This document shows, in pieces, positions 58,326-64,000 of a stretch of DNA of 64,000 nt. Every line of letters begins with the position of its first letter. The first letter of the stretch is position 1. The notes under the pieces are model-generated. The model saw nothing but the letters and a program-made list of their open reading frames with translations, did not search any database and was not told the DNA's origin. This DNA comes from Asterionella formosa (lineage: Eukaryota), in contig NKIB01012547.1 in NCBI GenBank assembly GCA_002256025.1, positions 1 to 64,000 on the forward strand. The letters are read 5' to 3'. Made by a program: the position numbers and the translations under genes.

Positions 58326-60062
58326 CTAGACAACCAAACTTGATCGCGCTCGCGCCAACTGCTTGAGAGCAGGAATAATGTAAACACAAACAAGCCAACT
58401 GTAGGGTGCAGTCCATATGAAACCATCTACTCGATCCTATGAGGTGCAGTATAGGAGGATAAGAAATTAGAAACAAATGAATCAAACAAGGTTGGAAATA
58501 TACGCACAACAAATCCAACTTACCAGGATTCCGCCGTGTTCAGGAATGAGATCACCAAAATCCTTCAATCCTGCATCTCTTTTTAACATCGAAGCTGTCA
58601 AATCACCAGTGAGACCGATGAATCCAAGAAGAATGCCATGTACAGCGCCAGTCAAGGCCCAATATGGCCACTTTTGAACCCACGCGCCTATTACGCCAAG
58701 TAAGGCACTTATGGCAAATCCACCGAGCATTCCCTCAACAGATTTGTTCGGGCTCGTTGCTCCAGCAGCTGGAGCGATTACGCCAAGCTTCGTCTTGCCA
58801 TATTTTCTCCCAACAAAATAAGCTCCGACATCATTGAACGCCAAGCACAACCATGACCAAAAGATAAAAATGGCTCCTGTAGTGATTGGAAGATGTACTG
58901 CTGAGGGAATCCAACTAGGGAGGCTTGATGCTTTCCGACCGAGCATCTCCAAAATTGGCTTAGCAATGGGCGCCAAACGAGTAGGCTCCCGTCCCGCTCC
59001 AACGAGTCTAATTCGTACCCAAAACGAGGGAACGAAGCCAAGGTAAAACATACCAGTAAATGTCGTCGCGATCTCTGGAATCGACGACACTTTTCTTCGC
59101 ATTGTCAGAAACCAAATCATGGACCATAAACCAAACATTGGCAAGCAAATCTGATGAAATTCGGGAGCAAACAAAGCCTAGAATATCATGATGAAAAAAG
59201 TGAGGACGAAAAAAGTAAATTGAACATAGCTTCCGTGGCCAGAGTATTGCAAACAAGTATAGGAACGCACCGTCAAAAACATGGAACTTGCTCCAATCAG
59301 CGAAATTCTTCTTGCTGGATAGATTCCAGTATTCATTACCATTCGGTAATATTCCAGCTGTCCAAGGATGGTCATGAGAGTGAAGACGCCAGTAAAGATC
59401 CAATTTCCAGAGAAGACCCAACAAGCTACAACCAACCCCATGGCGGCACCGAATAGGACCGATCTCGAAGCGCTTTTTACGACAGGTTTAGATTCGATCT
59501 GTTCTACTGAACCATGAGCAACTGATGCTGTGTCTTTTTTTGCCAGGAGCGCCCTTTGTTTCTCCGCCCGCTGTAAAACGTTCAACATGTCGTGACAAGC
59601 GCCCAGCAATTTTTGACGGGCACATTGTGTCTCATCATCTTCTGCGAAATCCATGTATTCTTCCCTTTGCATAATATTCTTCACCGTTCGAATGGCGGTC
59701 GTTGCCTTGTCCTTGGCTATCAACTCGCGAGCATCCGCACTGGTTTCTTGCCACAGTCGTTGAGCGTAATCCGTGTAAATTTTGGCCGCTTGTTTCGGGA
59801 GGGATGCAATTTTTTTGGCAAGCCTTCGCTTTCGATGATATTCTTTATCCGATTCGATTTCTTCTTTAGTTGCTGTCATACGTCGTGATGTTTGCATCAT
59901 CTTGCATGGTTTTCGCAGAGAGGTTGACACCATCGAGAATGCATCCACAGATGTTGTTGTACCGGCGAGATAAAGTATAGCGATCATCACTATGGGAACA
60001 AAATAGTGCTTTCCTCGTGTTAGTGGTGATCTCCTCCATCGACGGTGCAACCTTTCGACCAT
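58326..60062 (-). CDS. CDS: Phosphatidate cytidylyltransferase (CDP-DAG synthase), plastid-type, 3 exons
   Basis: EYYRMV, DVGAYFVG, SPNKSVEG, GDLTASMLKRDAGLKDFGDLIPEHGGIL|DRVDG; signal peptide ending VDA-F. Confidence 0.92.
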
Positions 60063-60739
60063 TTCAGCAGCAATTGGATCAAAGCAGGAATGCCAAAATA
60101 AGAATATTATTGTTTATTTCTAATGATATTATGCAGCAAACGAACGAAATGATGAACGTGAAATTTCCAAACGCTTTTTGTGGTCGAGGAAAGCAATAGC
60201 TAATAAATATGGATACCGGTACTGCAGCTAAATAAGGATGCAGACGTGCATCATGTTGATGTCTTCAGCATGCTGTACGTGTCGGTATGTCAGTACCTCA
60301 TACTAATTATTTAAGTGAGCTCTTTCATTCGATTTAGTCAGTAGTCCCGCCCACGACTTCAGCTGCCTGCCCTGCTGTGTGGTGTTCCATAGTGCCATGT
60401 TAACACGGTACTTGTATCAGGAGCGGTAACCAAGTGGTATCAATATAGTATCATTGACACCAAAATGATACCTTTTTGACTCCCTCTTAAAATGGTATCA
60501 GTGATACTGTTGAATTATGGTGCGTGCTATTTCCATTCTTACTGATAATATAACCGAAAGTATGCAGGCAGGGCACTAATTTTAATGTCCATGTATTCCA
60601 TTTATATATGGTTTGTACAACAAAACAACACCATCATGCTAATCATTACTGTGGCAGTCTTAGCTATGCAGTCACAACACCAAACAGAGTCTAGAATTGA
60701 ACAGATTTAGTGATGTACATAGATTAATGTACCACTGGC

Positions 60740-61291
60740 NNNNNNNNNNNNNNNNNNNNNNNNNNNNNNNNNNNNNNNNNNNNNNNNNNNNNNNNNNNNN
60801 NNNNNNNNNNNNNNNNNNNNNNNNNNNNNNNNNNNNNNNNNNNNNNNNNNNNNNNNNNNNNNNNNNNNNNNNNNNNNNNNNNNNNNNNNNNNNNNNNNNN
60901 NNNNNNNNNNNNNNNNNNNNNNNNNNNNNNNNNNNNNNNNNNNNNNNNNNNNNNNNNNNNNNNNNNNNNNNNNNNNNNNNNNNNNNNNNNNNNNNNNNNN
61001 NNNNNNNNNNNNNNNNNNNNNNNNNNNNNNNNNNNNNNNNNNNNNNNNNNNNNNNNNNNNNNNNNNNNNNNNNNNNNNNNNNNNNNNNNNNNNNNNNNNN
61101 NNNNNNNNNNNNNNNNNNNNNNNNNNNNNNNNNNNNNNNNNNNNNNNNNNNNNNNNNNNNNNNNNNNNNNNNNNNNNNNNNNNNNNNNNNNNNNNNNNNN
61201 NNNNNNNNNNNNNNNNNNNNNNNNNNNNNNNNNNNNNNNNNNNNNNNNNNNNNNNNNNNNNNNNNNNNNNNNNNNNNNNNNNNNNNNNNNN
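60740..61291. other. Assembly gap
   Basis: Run of N. Confidence 1.
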
Positions 61292-62184
61292 TGTAGGTCA
61301 TATTACGGAGACAATATCCATTTTTCTGCATGAGGATGATTGGCTTACTCGAAAAATTTGTTTCTTTACATAAACTTGAGCATAAGAACTCTGTTTCTGT
61401 AATTAAATAAATTAATCGAAACCATTTGAAAATGATTTTAAACATAAAGTGTACATGCATTTTATCACACAATGCTGTTTTACATCGGCCAGTAACTTAA
61501 ATATTTGCGGAAAACCGAATAAAAATTGTCACTACTATCATGCTTATAACATGAATAGCAGAACAACTGGCTGTTGTTCCATAAACTTTCTATGGTTGTC
61601 ACATTGGCATTGACAATACTGCCCAATATTTATTGGTTCCAATCCTCAAAATGAGCATTCCATCATTTTCTTCCTTCCCATCATCACCACTTTTGCGCAG
61701 TTGATAATCAAAGGCAAGTTGCTGTAGTTCCATTGTTACATCCAATTTTGTATGTATGTTGAGAACAGATGGTTCGAAAAAATGGGTCCTCATGCACCTC
61801 CATTTTGCTTGCAATATAGCCGAAAGGGAAAATCGTAAATGCCCAAAAATGTTTTTTACATGTAGTTGGCAATTTTAAACTTTCTACATATTATATAGAT
61901 ATATCTGTTTCTTTACTTAAAGCAAAGTGCACAATACATATGGCAATTGAGCCATGGAAAATCAGAGCAGTCAAAATGGCTCTGGAGAATTTTAAGAATC
62001 TCACAATTGTTTTCGCCCTGAGGGAGTACCAATTTAATAGTTCTGGCAATGTTTTACTCCAAACCAGGTTTAGGCTGGGGCCACAACCTTTAGTATACAG
62101 CAATACACAACTGGGGAACCTTTATATGCTAGACTCTATTATTTCATTAGTACCCAATTTTTCTTCACAAGGAGCGTGACCAGG

Positions 62185-63778
62185 TTACACAAAGTATTCA
62201 CCATCCACATTTCTAGCGTACCCAGCACCAGGTGTACCAAAGAGAATTCTACTACTCAGGACACCATCCAAAGTGGTGACCGCTCTTTGTAGTGATTGAA
62301 GGTTTGCAGTGCTTCCATCAGCAATGACTGGATCGATATCCAGCACATTGTAGGCAATCTCTCCCCTCGACTGGTTGATTTGCTGAACAATATTCAGATG
62401 GGCCTTGGCGAAAGTGTCAGTAATCTGAGCAAGCATACCAGGCTTATTCTTGTTCACAACAGTCATACGAATAGTCCTTGTTGGGCGATCAGGCAGAGAG
62501 GTCGAAGGGAAGTTGACGGAGTTTCGAATGGTTCCACTTTCCAGGTAATCTCTAATAGTATCTGCAGCCATGGAAGCCTGTAGGGAATTATGGTGTGGAC
62601 GTGTTAGATAAAGTAATGCTTCTAGAATCGTACGCCAGAATCAACCCAAATGAATCGTTGCACTTACAGCCTGATCTTCGGCTTCCTCCGTAGATGCTCC
62701 CAAATGAGGAAGAATGATAGAATTCTTGTGATCCCAGAGAAGATCATCAGGAAAATCAGAAATATAACGACCATCTCCAGAATCAAGGAATTCTTTCATG
62801 GTAGCAGAATCGACAAGCTCGCCACGGGCAAAGTTGAGAAGCACAGCATCACTTTTGAAATGAGCAATCACATCCTTTCCAATAATGCCATGTGTACCCC
62901 CTTCACCCTTGATGTACGGTATATTAATGGAGATGTAGTCGGCATTCGCGCATGCAGATGCAATCGAATCGACAAGGTCAATTTGACGGGGTAGCTTAAG
63001 AGCGGACGCGATCGAGAGTCCAGGGTCGTATCCGACGACTTTCATTCCAAGGCGATTAGCATCTCGGGCAGTGGCGGCTCCAATATGTCCTAATCCAATA
63101 ATAGCAATGGTCTTGCCAGCAAGTTCTCGTCCCCCAAACATGGCCTTGTCCTTCTCCACTCGTTCCTTGGCCAATCCCTGCTTTCCGAGATCCTTCATGT
63201 GGTTGATTCCATCAATCACACGTCGACTTCCGAGGAACAAACCACACAGGATCAGTTCCTTGACAGCATTTGCGTTGGCTCCAGGTGTGTTGAATACTGG
63301 GATACCGAGTTCGGTCATGCGGGAAACGGGGATGTTGTTGGTTCCTGCACCGCAACGAGCAATGGCGCGAACAGTAACTTCGACTTCCTCTTCTTTGAGT
63401 TGGTATGAACGCACTAGGAGAGCATGAGCCGGTTGTGGAGTATCGGCGGCAGCATCCACTTGATAAATATCCGATGGGAATCTGGCAAGTCCCTGTGTTT
63501 CGCCAAGATGAGAGGTTAGATTCAGCGACGAGGGCATTGAATGTCTTTCGACTTGGTGTTACGAAGAAGAAACGTATTCTTACAGTTGGCGAAATCTTGT
63601 TGTATGTCTGCACGTGATACTTGCCCGACTTGGTAAAGTCCTTGATGTCGTCAATGTTCCAACCGGACGTGTAATGATCGACATCGATGGGGATTGGGCC
63701 CCCGCCGGTCAGAAGCCGGATGGACCCAGCTCCAAAGCGAGAACTGGTGTTGGTCAGGATTCGTCTGGACAACAGCAT
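62185..63778 (-). CDS. serA: D-3-phosphoglycerate dehydrogenase with ACT domain, mitochondrial-type presequence, 3 exons
   Basis: ARCGAGTNN, NTPGANANAVKE, GLGHIG, NFARG, PHLGASTEEA, NSVNFP, ACT-like NKNKPGMLAQI; N-terminus MLLSRRILTNTSSRF. Confidence 0.93.
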
Positions 63779-64000
63779 GGTGTATGTGGTGATATGATGT
63801 GATGGGAAGGGAAGGGAAGCTAGGAGGTACCTGGTAGCAGGATTGGTCGTCTAGATTCATGCAAGCAAATCGAATACTCCAGTTATTGTCGGAGACATGT
63901 CGAACCTGCGCAGCTGCTCGGAGGTTTGGCGGAGCGCGTCGATCGGATGGTGAAGGATGATAGTTCGCGTCGAGTACCGGTAGGACCCATCAAAATACCA

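Noticed and set aside
11240..63860. Numerous 60-200 aa ORFs antisense or out of frame to called genes
   Set aside because: Shadow ORFs without motifs, explained by the codon structure of the real genes.

Overview
Gene-dense eukaryotic nuclear DNA from a diatom. Support: short GT-AG introns, bipartite signal+'AF' plastid presequences, a fucoxanthin-chlorophyll LHC gene, nuclear PsbM and a CoDi-type copia element. The species cannot be fixed from this window. The window opens inside a frameshifted Ty1/copia retrotransposon (minus strand) whose 5' LTR lies 59 bp from a 4-exon PIG-P gene missed by the ORF track. About 30 housekeeping, plastid and transport genes follow, with three N gaps. The most striking non-genic signal is that intergenic DNA is full of TA-CC(A/T)GG-TA, TA-CCGG-TA and related TA-flanked words, often chained. 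A ~100-bp TA-flanked MITE (3 copies) has asymmetric CCA...AGG ends that would leave exactly TACCAGGTA/TACCTGGTA on excision. One copy itself carries an apparent TA->TACCGGTA insertion. I infer these words are a self-seeding record of Tc1/mariner excision footprints. Other candidates of interest: a divergent TopoVI-B-like gene, a Tat-signal aldo-keto reductase lacking the catalytic His, a HOP-like TPR/6xEF-hand fusion, a membrane-anchored Tic22-like protein and a structured RPS7 intron. All assignments are from motif recognition by eye; no searches were run.
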